Positions 1 through 9,531 of a stretch of DNA of 64,000 bases are shown one piece after another. Numbering within the stretch: the stretch's first letter is position 1; each line of letters starts with the position of its first letter. Under the pieces are notes generated by a model, which had not been told where the DNA came from, did not search any database, and worked only from the letters and a program-made list of their open reading frames with translations. Origin of the DNA: Longimicrobiales bacterium (GTDB lineage Bacteria > Gemmatimonadota > Gemmatimonadetes > Longimicrobiales > Gaopeijiaceae); the NCBI GenBank assembly GCA_965202805.1, contig OZ241869.1, forward strand, positions 2,784,001 through 2,848,000, written 5' to 3'. The translations under genes and the position numbers were made by a program.

Positions 1-42
1 ACAGGTAGGGCAATCGTGGGAGCACGAGGAAGGAGAGCGAGA

Positions 43-1668
43 ATGGACCGAAGAACCTTCATAGGGACGACCGCGGCCGGCGGCGCCGGCCTGGCGATGA
101 CCTCGGCGTGCGCCCCCTCCGCCTCCGACTCGCCCACCGGCGCACAGGCGCCGGACGAGATCCCGCCCTTCGAATTCGACGAAGTCACGGTTGACGATCT
201 GCAGCGCATGATGGAGGCGGGCGAGCATACGGCCCGCTCCATCACGCAGGCCTACATCGGGCGCATCGAGGCGATGGACCGGCAGGGCCCGGAACTCCGC
301 TCGATGATCGAGATCAACCCGGACGCGCTCGAGATCGCCGACGAACTCGACGCCGAGCGCCGCGCGAGCGGGCCGCGCGGGCCGTTGCACGGGATCCCGG
401 TCGCCCTCAAGGACAACCTCGACACCCACGACCGCATGACCACCACGGCCGGGTCGCTCGCGCTCGAGGGTTCCATTCCGCCGCGCGACTCCTTCGTCGT
501 CGAGCGCCTGCGCGCCGCCGGGGCCATCCTCCTGGGCAAGGCCAACATGAGCGAGTGGGCCTACTTCCGGGGGGAGCGGGCCACCAGCGGCTGGAGCGCC
601 CGCGGCGGCCAGTGCGTGAACCCCTACGCCCTCAACCGCAACCCCTGCGGCTCCAGCTCCGGATCAGGGGTGGCGGCCTCGGCCAACCTGTGCGCCCTCA
701 CCGTCGGCACCGAGACCGGGGGCTCCATCATGTGCCCGTCCTCCAGCAACGGCATCGTGGGCATCAAGCCCACGGTGGGGCTGTGGAGCCGCTCCGGCAT
801 CATCCCCATCTCCCACTCCCAGGACACCGCGGGGCCCATGACCCGAACCGTGCGCGACGCGGCCATCCTGCTGGGCGGAGCCGTGGGCGTGGATCCGCGC
901 GACGAAGCCACCTCGCGCAGCGAAGGCAACTTCCACACCGACTACACGCAGTTCCTCGATCCCGCCGGGCTCGACGGCGCACGCATCGGCGTGGCGCGCT
1001 CCTTCACCGGCTTCGATCCGCGCGTCATGGCCCTCTTCGAGGACGCCGTCCTCGCGATGCGCGACGCGGGCGCGGTGATCGTGGACCCCGCCAACCTCCC
1101 CGCCGCCAACTGGAGGGACGAGCTTCCCCTCATCGTCCTCGAGTACGAGTTCAAGGCCGACCTGAACGCCTATCTGGCCACGCTGGGGCCGGACGCGCCG
1201 GTGCGCACGCTCGCGGAGATCATCGAGTTCAACGAGCAGAACGCCGCGCTGGAGATGCCCCACTTCGGCCAGCAGCGCATGCTCGCGTCACAGGCGCGCG
1301 GCCCCCTCACGGACGAGGTCTACCTGAACGCGGTGCGCACAATCCAGCGCGGCAACCGCGAAGAGGGCATCGATGCCCTCATGAACGAGCACCGGCTGGA
1401 CGCCATCGTGGCCCCCACCCGCGACCTCCCCTGGACCACCGACCACATCAAGGGGGACCGTCTGGACGGCGGGAGCAGCGCCGGGCCGGCCGCCATCGCG
1501 GGCTATCCGGACATCAGCGTGCCCATGGGGTTCGTGTCCGGGCTGCCGGCGGGCGTCTCGTTCTTCGGGCGCGCCTGGAGCGAGCCCGTGCTCATCCGCA
1601 TCGCCTACGCCTTCGAGCAGGCCACGCAGCACCGGCAGGCGCCGACCTTCGCGCCCACGCTGGGATAG
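43..1668 (+). CDS. Amidase signature family enzyme with Tat/lipoprotein-like signal
   Basis: ALKDN, GSSSGS and GTETGGSI (Lys-cisSer-Ser triad). N-terminus MDRRTFIG...SAC. AGGAG precedes ATG 43. Confidence 0.92.
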   Translation: MDRRTFIGTTAAGGAGLAMTSACAPSASDSPTGAQAPDEIPPFEFDEVTVDDLQRMMEAGEHTARSITQAYIGRIEAMDRQGPELRSMIEINPDALEIADELDAERRASGPRGPLHGIPVALKDNLDTHDRMTTTAGSLALEGSIPPRDSFVVERLRAAGAILLGKANMSEWAYFRGERATSGWSARGGQCVNPYALNRNPCGSSSGSGVAASANLCALTVGTETGGSIMCPSSSNGIVGIKPTVGLWSRSGIIPISHSQDTAGPMTRTVRDAAILLGGAVGVDPRDEATSRSEGNFHTDYTQFLDPAGLDGARIGVARSFTGFDPRVMALFEDAVLAMRDAGAVIVDPANLPAANWRDELPLIVLEYEFKADLNAYLATLGPDAPVRTLAEIIEFNEQNAALEMPHFGQQRMLASQARGPLTDEVYLNAVRTIQRGNREEGIDALMNEHRLDAIVAPTRDLPWTTDHIKGDRLDGGSSAGPAAIAGYPDISVPMGFVSGLPAGVSFFGRAWSEPVLIRIAYAFEQATQHRQAPTFAPTLG

Positions 1669-1745
1669 CACCCCACGGACGGACTCCCTGGACGGACTCC
1701 CTCCCGGCATTCGCATGGATTCATCCACGGACTGCCCCGGGGATG

Positions 1746-2642
1746 CTACCTCCCCATGCTCTCCCGTATGGCGCGCACCGTGATCCCGGTGCGGTAGGCG
1801 ATCAGAGCTTCGCCGATCTCGAGGGTCCGCTCCACGGGCCCCAGTTCCACTTCGTTGATCGAGTAGAGCCCCGCTGCCATCCGCTGTTGCGCGCGGATGC
1901 GCTCCGGGTCCGTGGTGGCCACGATCGACGAATAGTGCACGTCGTCGTGGTAGATGTCGCGCGTGGCGGAGCAGAAATCGGGCTTCTGGAAAATCCCCAG
2001 TTCCTCCTCGAGGAAGACGCAGCTCCAGATATCCTCCCGATAGTACTCCTCGATATAGTGGGCCTGCGCCGTCCCCCCCCAGTGTTCGTTCAGCCGGTCT
2101 GCGGCCTCCGACATGCCGTTCTGGTTCCCCCCGCTGTCCCCGATGAAGACGACGTCGGTGAACCCCTGGCTCTTCAGGCTGTTGCCCACGTCCTCGAGCA
2201 TCATGCGGAAGGTCTCCTGTCGCACGCTCAGGGTTCCCGGATAGCGGATGTTCTCGGGGTCGCCCTCGGGCACGTACTTCATGACCGGCGCGCACAGCGC
2301 GTTGCCCAGTTCGCGCGCGATCGCATCGCACATGGCCTCCAGGACGTAGTTGTGCTTGCCGCCCGCCATGTAGGGGCCGTTCTGCTCGACCCCGCCGGTC
2401 GCGATGATGCCGATCGTCTTCCCGGAGGCGATCTCGTCGCGCACCTCCATCCAGGTCAGCTCGTCGATCCAGATCGAGTTGATGCCCTCGATGGGCCGCG
2501 GGGCGACTCTCATCTCCTCCATGCGCCGCTGTCGTTCCGCCTGCTCCTCCGGCGTCAGGTTGCGACGGCCCTGCGACTCCGCCGGTGAAGCCGGAAGCAG
2601 GATGACAGCCAGTAATCCGAGTATCCATTTCGCCCGTTTCAT
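1746..2642 (-). CDS. Creatininase-family protein with signal peptide
   Basis: ELTWMEV, GGVEQNGPY, YPGTLSV and GDSGGN motifs; hydrophobic N-terminus. Confidence 0.85.
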   Translation of the reverse strand: MKRAKWILGLLAVILLPASPAESQGRRNLTPEEQAERQRRMEEMRVAPRPIEGINSIWIDELTWMEVRDEIASGKTIGIIATGGVEQNGPYMAGGKHNYVLEAMCDAIARELGNALCAPVMKYVPEGDPENIRYPGTLSVRQETFRMMLEDVGNSLKSQGFTDVVFIGDSGGNQNGMSEAADRLNEHWGGTAQAHYIEEYYREDIWSCVFLEEELGIFQKPDFCSATRDIYHDDVHYSSIVATTDPERIRAQQRMAAGLYSINEVELGPVERTLEIGEALIAYRTGITVRAIRESMGR

Positions 2643-2833
2643 TACGTCCGCTCCTCTCAGATGACTCCCTCCCGTCCATCCCCCAAGCCGGGGATTCGGG
2701 TATTGTGGGCCGGATGCCGGCGGGGGTCAAACGACGCGTTCCCGCCTTGACACCTTCCGCCACCGAAGGCAGCTTGCTGCATCAGGCCGGAGTGCCCTCC
2801 GGCGGCACCCGGATGTATCCGACCGGCATAGCT

Positions 2834-3187
2834 GTGAAGCCGATTTCTCCTCGATCGCGGGACCTTCGCCGCTTCGGCGTTCTCTCCCTCTCGCTGCTTC
2901 AGCTCGCCGTGTTCGCCGGCCTTCCCACGGCGGATGCGGTGCTCGAAGCGAGGGGGCTGAGCACGGTCGTGCATATTGAAGGGGAGAACAGCGAAGATTG
3001 CGAGACCGGGCACAACCACCTCATGTGCCAGTTGACGCGCACGTTGTCGTCGGGTTTTTCCCCCTTCGCTCTGATCGACCTCCCGCTGGTATTCGAAGCC
3101 AGCATGGACACCCCGACCGCGACCGCCTGGCAAAACCGCCCGATCCCGCCCGGCGGCAGCGGTCCGAGGGCGCCTCCCCGGGCCTGA
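2834..3187 (+). CDS. DUF2946/CruR-like leader protein ending in a RAPP arrest motif
   Basis: Hydrophobic N-terminal segment, C-x3-H-x-H-x2-C cluster, C-terminal GPRAPPRA, directly upstream of a TonB receptor. Start is GTG 2834 or ATG 2813. Confidence 0.7.
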   Translation: MKPISPRSRDLRRFGVLSLSLLQLAVFAGLPTADAVLEARGLSTVVHIEGENSEDCETGHNHLMCQLTRTLSSGFSPFALIDLPLVFEASMDTPTATAWQNRPIPPGGSGPRAPPRA

Positions 3188-3346
3188 CCCCTTTCCGGGT
3201 TGGTTGTCCGGGCCCCCCTCCGTCCGTTACGCGGCAACAACCCGTCCCGCAATTCGCGCTAACCGCTGAAGCATTTCGGCGAGTCGCACCGCGGAGCCTG
3301 GCGCAGGAGCGAGAGGCTCGCCGGTGGGGCTTGAAGAAGGCTGTCC

Positions 3347-5563
3347 ATGAAACTGAGGCGACTGGCCGGTTCAATTCCGGCAGTTCTGGCAATGGCTCTC
3401 GGGGCCGTCGGCTCGTCCGCGCAGGTCGAGCACGAGGGCGAGATCGAGGGCGTCGTACGCGACGTCGACTCGAGTCAGCCGCTCGCCGGCGCCGTGGTGT
3501 CCATCGATGCCGCGGCGGGGATGGCGGTCTCGCATGGGGACGGCACATTCCACGTCCCGGTGCCGGGTCCGCGCATCTACACGGTGCGGGTCGAACGCCT
3601 GGGCTATCGCACGGTTTCGCTCGAGGTGGACGCGTCGAGCGAGGAGATCGTGACGGTGGAGCTGGAAGCCAATCCGATTCCCCTGCCGCGGGTCGTGGTC
3701 ACCGGATCGCTGGTGGCGCGCGCTGCCAACGAGGTGTTGCGCCCGACCAGCGTATTCGCGGGAGAGGAGCTGCAGCGCCGCCTGGCCGGGACCCTGGCGG
3801 AGACGCTGACCTCCGAGCCGGGACTGGCGGTGAGCACCATGGGGCCGGCTTCCGCGCACCCGGTGATCCGGGGCCTGAGCGGGGACCGCATCCTCATGCT
3901 CGAGGACGGCGAACGGGTGGGCGACCAGTTTGCGAGCGGCCCCGACCACGCCACCGCGATCGACCCGTCGGCCGCGCGCCGGATCGAGGTCATCCGCGGG
4001 CCGGGCGCGATCCTCTATGGAAGCAACGCCCTCGGGGGCATCATCAACGTCGTTCGCGACGACGTGCCTTCCTCCGTGCCCCACCATCTCACCGGAGCGT
4101 TCACTCTTCAGGGACAAAGCGTCAGCAACGCGGCCGGCGGAAGCCTGCACGCCACCTATGGCCTGACCGACCACATTCCGGTGCGGCTGGAACTCGCGCG
4201 TCGTACGAGCAGCGACCTCAAGACCCCGGTCGGCGTTCTTCATAACACCAATTCCGATGTCCTGGAGCTCTCGGGCGGAACATCCTGGGTGGACGACTGG
4301 GGCCACGTCGGCACCACCTTCCGCTACTACGGCAACGACTACGGCATCCCCGGAGGATTCGTCGGGGGTCACGAAGCCGGGGTTCGCATCGAGATGGAGC
4401 GGACCGCAACCCGGCTCAGGAGCCTGATCAGGCCCCAGGGCGTCTTCGAGACCATCGAGATCGACGCAGGGTACACCTGGTACCGACACAAGGAGATCGA
4501 GCCCCCCGACATCCTGGGAACGCTCTTCGAGCGCCAGACGGTGAGCGGTGAACTCCTGGCCCGCCACGCGGACTGGGGACCGTTCTCGTCGGGCGGAGTG
4601 GGAACGCGGGCTTCCTGGGAGGACTTCGGGTTCGGAGGGGGGCTGTACACCCCGAACTCCACGTACACCTCCTTCGCCGCATACGCGCTGGAAGAGATCG
4701 ATCTGGACCCGATTCGCCTCGAAGCCGGCCTTCGCTACGACTGGGCGCACGTACGGCCTGACCGGGAGAATCCCTCATCCGATATCGGCCACATCCGCGC
4801 GAGGTCCTTCGGCGCGGCATCCGGATCACTCGGGGCCCTCGGACGACTGACGCGGAACTTCACGGTGGGCGCCTCGGTCGCCCGAGCCTTCCGCACCCCG
4901 AGCGTCAACGAACTCTTTTCAGAGGGTCCGCACCTGGCGGCCTATGCCTTCGAGGTGGGGAACCCGTCGCTCGAGACCGAGCGCGGCACCGGCATCGATG
5001 CGTTCGTCCGCTTTACGGGAGACCGGCTCAACGCCGAGACGACGGTCTTCCGCAATGCGATCTCGGGGTATGTCTTCCCCCTCGAGACGGGCGAACTGAG
5101 TCGGGTGCGGCTGCCGGTCTTCCAGTTCTACGGAGAGGACGCCGTGCTCGCCGGCTTCGAGAGCGCGCTGGAGTGGGCGGTGGTCGGCGACCTGACCCTG
5201 GAAGCGGTGGTTTCCTACGTCCGCGGCAGGATCGCAGCCACGGACGAACCGCTTCCCCTGATCCCGCCGCTGCAGGGGCGCTTCGCCATCGGTTACGCGC
5301 CCCGCGACTGGTTCGTGGAGGCCGAAACCCGGGTTGCGGCTCGCCAGGACCGGACGGGTCCCTTCGAGAGCGCAACTGATGGATATGCTGTTTTCGATCT
5401 CTCCGCCGGAATCCGGATTACGGTCAGGGGGCGGCTGAACGTGATCACCGTGCGGGGAGAGAATCTTGGCAACGCCGTATACAGGAACCACCTGTCGCGC
5501 GTGAAGGAGATCATGCCCGAGGCGGGAAGATCCGTCAGCGTGGCATACCGGGTCGTCTTCTAG
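3347..5563 (+). CDS. TonB-dependent receptor, ZnuD-like metal uptake type
   Basis: Plug motifs PDHATAID and RIEVIRGPGAILYGSNALGGIINV, GPHLAAYAFEVGN, C-terminal Phe. Confidence 0.92.
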   Translation: MKLRRLAGSIPAVLAMALGAVGSSAQVEHEGEIEGVVRDVDSSQPLAGAVVSIDAAAGMAVSHGDGTFHVPVPGPRIYTVRVERLGYRTVSLEVDASSEEIVTVELEANPIPLPRVVVTGSLVARAANEVLRPTSVFAGEELQRRLAGTLAETLTSEPGLAVSTMGPASAHPVIRGLSGDRILMLEDGERVGDQFASGPDHATAIDPSAARRIEVIRGPGAILYGSNALGGIINVVRDDVPSSVPHHLTGAFTLQGQSVSNAAGGSLHATYGLTDHIPVRLELARRTSSDLKTPVGVLHNTNSDVLELSGGTSWVDDWGHVGTTFRYYGNDYGIPGGFVGGHEAGVRIEMERTATRLRSLIRPQGVFETIEIDAGYTWYRHKEIEPPDILGTLFERQTVSGELLARHADWGPFSSGGVGTRASWEDFGFGGGLYTPNSTYTSFAAYALEEIDLDPIRLEAGLRYDWAHVRPDRENPSSDIGHIRARSFGAASGSLGALGRLTRNFTVGASVARAFRTPSVNELFSEGPHLAAYAFEVGNPSLETERGTGIDAFVRFTGDRLNAETTVFRNAISGYVFPLETGELSRVRLPVFQFYGEDAVLAGFESALEWAVVGDLTLEAVVSYVRGRIAATDEPLPLIPPLQGRFAIGYAPRDWFVEAETRVAARQDRTGPFESATDGYAVFDLSAGIRITVRGRLNVITVRGENLGNAVYRNHLSRVKEIMPEAGRSVSVAYRVVF

Positions 5564-5639
5564 AGCGAGCCGTCCGCGCAGTGCGGAGACGCTTCGCCAC
5601 AGGAACGACCGGAACATCAACACAAACGAGGAAAGAACG

Positions 5640-6119
5640 ATGAGACATTCGAGACTGAAACTGCCGTTCGCCCTGCTGAGCGCGGGCATCCTGGCCCTCT
5701 CGGCGTGCGAGAGCGCAACCGAACCCGAAGAAGACCATGCAGACGAAGTCGAGGGCGTGATCCTGGTGCAGGGCGGCCAGACGATCGCGTCGTACGATGG
5801 CCACGACGGTGAGTGGACCGGCGAACTGGAGGCCGAGCCGGGCGAGGAAGGTCCCCACATCACCGTGCGCTTCGTCAACCACGACATGGACCCGGTCCAG
5901 CTGGACGAGGACTTCTACCTGGAAGTGGAGGTCGAGGACGAGTCCATAGCCGAATTCGAACAGGACACCCCCGGGGAATTCGGGGGACACCTGCACGGAG
6001 GGGCCGAGGGCGACACTGACATCGTTTTCCGCCTGATGCACGGCGCCGTAGGCTCCGGGCACGCCGACTTCGTGACCGCGCCGCTCCATATCCACGTGCA
6101 CGAGCACGACGACGGGTAA
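5640..6119 (+). CDS. His/acid-rich lipoprotein, probable metal-binding partner of the receptor
   Basis: Lipobox LSAC, EEDHADE, C-terminal HIHVHEHDDG. Confidence 0.8.
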   Translation: MRHSRLKLPFALLSAGILALSACESATEPEEDHADEVEGVILVQGGQTIASYDGHDGEWTGELEAEPGEEGPHITVRFVNHDMDPVQLDEDFYLEVEVEDESIAEFEQDTPGEFGGHLHGGAEGDTDIVFRLMHGAVGSGHADFVTAPLHIHVHEHDDG

Positions 6120-6150
6120 GCCGGGCCCAGCCGGTCGCAGCAGTTCCGCG

Positions 6151-6191
6151 AACCCTCCCCGGGGAGCGATCTCCGGGGAGGGTTGGTCTTT
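6151..6191 (+). terminator. Probable intrinsic terminator
   Basis: AACCCTCCCCGGGGA-GCGA-TCTCCGGGGAGGGTT hairpin followed by GGTCTTT. Confidence 0.55.
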
Positions 6192-6285
6192 GCGCTCGAC
6201 ATGCGACCGGTCGGGCGGCACGCCCGTGCGCGCACTACAATGACGGGGCATCCTCCATCCCGACCCAGCAATCCGGAACACACAG

Positions 6286-8184
6286 ATGCGCGCATCCAGA
6301 CTCGACCGCTCACCCGGGCGCCCGGGTACCAGCGTCCGGCCATACCGGGCCGGCCCTCCTGCCGCGCTCCTCGCCACCGTCCTGCTGCTCGGCGCAGCCG
6401 CGTGCGGGCAGGGCACGTCCACGAGCGCGGTCACCCCTGACCGCATCCTGCACAACGGCCGGGTCGTCACCGTCGACGACGACTTCTCGGTCGCCCGGGC
6501 CATCGCCTGGCGCCAGGGTCCGAACGGCTCGGAGATCATGCGGGTCGGCAGCGACGAGGAGGTCCTCGCCCTCGCCGGCCCCGACACCCGTACGACCGAT
6601 CTGGAGGGACGCGTCGTCCTGCCCGGCCTGATCGACTCCCACCTCCATTTCTCACAGCTGGGCATCGAAGCGGCGTTCGAGAACGACCTGCGCTACGCGA
6701 TGAGCACCGACGAGATCACTCAGCTTGTCGCCGACCTCATGGAGCGCCTCGACCCCGAGCCGGGCGAGTGGGTCACGAGCCGGGGCTGGGACGAACACAA
6801 GTACGAGAGGCCCTTCACCCGCTGGCAGATCGACGAGCACACCCCCGAAAACCCCGTTCGCCTGGGCCGGGTCTACCGCGGCGTCGCGGTCAATACCGCC
6901 GCCTTCCGCCTCATGGGCATCGACGACTCCGACTCCTCCACCTGGCCCGACTGGTGGCTCCAGGACCTGGACTGGTTCAACTACGAGGACAGGGTCTTCC
7001 GCGAGATGCGCACCCTGACGGTGGACGGCCGGACGCGTGAAGTGGAGGTCCCCACGGGGATGTTCCTGGGCAACGCGACGCGGCTGGTCACGGTGAGCCC
7101 GCCGCAGCGGGACTACGAGGCGCAGGTGCGCGCGGTGGACTACGGCAGCCGCGAGATGACGAGCCTGGGCGTGACCGGCATCGTGGACCCGGGCGGAGGA
7201 GGACGGGTGATGCGCGCCTACCAGGACGCCTATGAACGCGGCATGCTCCACTTCCGCATCCTGCAGGTCTACGAGGGCATGTGGAACACCCAGTCCCCCG
7301 AGGAGATCGACGCCCATTTCGCCACCCTCCCCTTCAACAACATCGGCGACCGCTTCCTGCGCTGGCGCGGCACCAAATGGCAGATCGACGGCGGCGCGGG
7401 CACGCGCAGTTCCTGGGTCTCCGTGCCCTTCGTGGACTGGGAGAGCATCGAGGGCGAGCCCAACTACGGGTACCACTGGGTGGAGGACGACGTGCGCGAG
7501 GCGCAGTTGCGTCCGACCGTCGACCGTGGCTGGGAACCCCACATCCACTCCACCGGCGACCTGGGCATGAAGCAGACGGTGGACATCTTCGCAAAGCTGA
7601 TGGACTCCATATGGGCCGAGGACCCCGACGCCGATCTGCGCTGGAGCGTCATCCACGCCTACCTGCCCATGGAAGACGAGACCAGCGTGCTCGACAAGAT
7701 GGCCGAATACGGCATCATCGCCGCGGTCAACCCGTCCTTCATCTACCACCAGGGCCGCTCATTCTCCGCCAACCTGAGCCCGGGGCGCATGGCCCGCCTG
7801 AAGCCGCTGCGCAGCTACCTGGACTCCGGCGTGCGCCTCGCCGTGGGCTCCGACTACGGCACCTCCCCGTACAGCCCCTGGATCGGACTCCATGCCATGC
7901 TCACGCGCACGGATCTCTGGGGAGACCAGCATGGACCGGAGCAGATCATCACGCTGGAAGAGGCGCTGCGCGCGATGACCATCGACAACGCCTGGCTGAC
8001 CTACTCGGACGACTGGACCGGCAGCCTGGAGCCCGGCAAGGTCGCCGACCTTGTGGTGCTCGACCTCGAGGACCCGTGGGAGCTGGAGCGCGAGCCGGAC
8101 CGGATCCTGGAGATGGGCGACCGCGTCCTGCTCACTCTGGTGGACGGCAACGCCGCCTTCCGGAGGGCGGGGTTCGAATACTGA
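6286..8184 (+). CDS. Amidohydrolase family 3 (YtcJ-like) lipoprotein
   Basis: PGLIDSHLH, HSTGD, GSDY and GSLEPGKVADLVVL motifs; AAAC lipobox. Confidence 0.9.
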   Translation: MRASRLDRSPGRPGTSVRPYRAGPPAALLATVLLLGAAACGQGTSTSAVTPDRILHNGRVVTVDDDFSVARAIAWRQGPNGSEIMRVGSDEEVLALAGPDTRTTDLEGRVVLPGLIDSHLHFSQLGIEAAFENDLRYAMSTDEITQLVADLMERLDPEPGEWVTSRGWDEHKYERPFTRWQIDEHTPENPVRLGRVYRGVAVNTAAFRLMGIDDSDSSTWPDWWLQDLDWFNYEDRVFREMRTLTVDGRTREVEVPTGMFLGNATRLVTVSPPQRDYEAQVRAVDYGSREMTSLGVTGIVDPGGGGRVMRAYQDAYERGMLHFRILQVYEGMWNTQSPEEIDAHFATLPFNNIGDRFLRWRGTKWQIDGGAGTRSSWVSVPFVDWESIEGEPNYGYHWVEDDVREAQLRPTVDRGWEPHIHSTGDLGMKQTVDIFAKLMDSIWAEDPDADLRWSVIHAYLPMEDETSVLDKMAEYGIIAAVNPSFIYHQGRSFSANLSPGRMARLKPLRSYLDSGVRLAVGSDYGTSPYSPWIGLHAMLTRTDLWGDQHGPEQIITLEEALRAMTIDNAWLTYSDDWTGSLEPGKVADLVVLDLEDPWELEREPDRILEMGDRVLLTLVDGNAAFRRAGFEY

Positions 8185-8328
8185 CCCGCGCCTGCGCCGG
8201 GCACGCACGAACATGGGAGGACCACGTTACTCGTGTGGCCGGAGTTCGGGCGGTCGGCCCTGCAGCCCGGTCCCGCTGTCCCGGAGGAGGGTATCGCTTC
8301 GTTTGTTAGCTTAGTCCGATAAACTAAG

Positions 8329-9231
8329 CTAATTCGCTCCGGCGATCGCTTCCCTGATCAGCTCCACGGTCTTGTTGTTGCGCCACTCCATCAGCTGCTC
8401 GCCGAGGGCGATGGTCTCCTCCATTGGGGCGATCGAGACACCGTTGATGGTGGCCTTGCCGGCGGCAACCCGCTCGTCGTAACGCACCGACGAGGGGTCG
8501 ACGGTCATCTGCATCGAGGTCAGCCAGTACGTGTCGTGGTAGCCTTCGCTGGGTCCCTCCTCGACGCCCAGTTCGTTCATGCGCGCCACCACGCCGGCGT
8601 TGTCGTAATAGCCCGCGATGTGGTGCGCCTTGGTCTCGCCCCAGCGCTCGTTCAGGGCGGCGGCCGCGGCAGCCATGCCGGTCTGGTTTCCGCCGCTGTC
8701 GCCGATGTAGATGATGTGCTCGAACCCGTGCACGTGCAGGCTGTGCCCCACGTCCTCGAGCATCATCTGAAAGGTCTCGTCGCGCACGGTGAGCGTACCG
8801 GGATAGCGCATGTGCCCGGTTTTGGGCTCGAATCCGCCCTCCGGCACCAGCTTGATTATCGGCGTGCAGAGCGCGTTGCCGAGTTCGCGCGCTATGGCGT
8901 CGCACGCCCCTTCGAGCACGTAGTTGTGCTTCCCGAGGGCGACGTAGGGCCCGTTCTGCTCGACGCCGCCCGTGGGAATGATGGCGGTGGTCTTCCCGGC
9001 GGCCATCGCGTCTCGCACCTCGATCCAGGTCAGCTCCTCGATCCAGACCGAGTTCAGCGGAGCGATGGGGTTTTCCATGCGGAGCTCGGCCTGGAAAGCG
9101 GCCTCCCGCTCCTCTGGAGTGGGCGCCTGCACGGCGTTGGGAGGCTGCGAATCCGGATCCTGGCCGGGTCGCATGACGAGAAACGCGACCGCCGCCAGGA
9201 TGAGAACCGATATGGCGGACCATGCTTTCAT
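8329..9231 (-). CDS. Creatininase-family protein with signal/anchor (paralog of 1746-2642)
   Basis: Same motifs (GGVEQNGPY, YPGTLTV, GDSGGN); AAGGAG upstream of ATG 9231. Confidence 0.85.
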   Translation of the reverse strand: MKAWSAISVLILAAVAFLVMRPGQDPDSQPPNAVQAPTPEEREAAFQAELRMENPIAPLNSVWIEELTWIEVRDAMAAGKTTAIIPTGGVEQNGPYVALGKHNYVLEGACDAIARELGNALCTPIIKLVPEGGFEPKTGHMRYPGTLTVRDETFQMMLEDVGHSLHVHGFEHIIYIGDSGGNQTGMAAAAAALNERWGETKAHHIAGYYDNAGVVARMNELGVEEGPSEGYHDTYWLTSMQMTVDPSSVRYDERVAAGKATINGVSIAPMEETIALGEQLMEWRNNKTVELIREAIAGAN

Positions 9232-9531
9232 CTTGATGCTCCTTGTGCGCGTAAGGCATGCCGGGCCACGTCCTGTCGGCCCGTCCGCCCCTGGTACCGG
9301 AGGGGCGTACCGGCACGTTAGCACACGGCGCTCAATCGTGCGAGACGCCCTCGCGTACGCGCACGCTCGCGCCCGAATCCCGCGCGATTGTTGCGGAACC
9401 GCAACCTGACGCAGTACTGTGTATGCTGGCCAGTCGTCTCCTGGCGCCGTGCGCCGTCCCCGGGCGGCGACGGTGCAGGTCAGGAAGGCCGGTCCGAGTA
9501 CAGCGACGCACAATCCGGAAGGGCAGATGCC

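Noticed and set aside
1677..2674. 13-bp tandem GGACGGACTCCCT and 12-bp GACTCCCTCCCG flanking the creatininase-like gene as an insertion scar
   Set aside because: Too short and low-complexity; no mobile element evidence.
555..2763. Long alternative-frame ORFs (555-2588, 1288-2763 and many similar across the window)
   Set aside because: Arg/Pro/Gly-rich shadow frames of real genes in high-GC DNA, with no motifs.
8230..8332. Integron attC site after the creatininase-like gene
   Set aside because: No properly paired RYYYAAC/GTTRRRY ends, no cassette array, no integrase.
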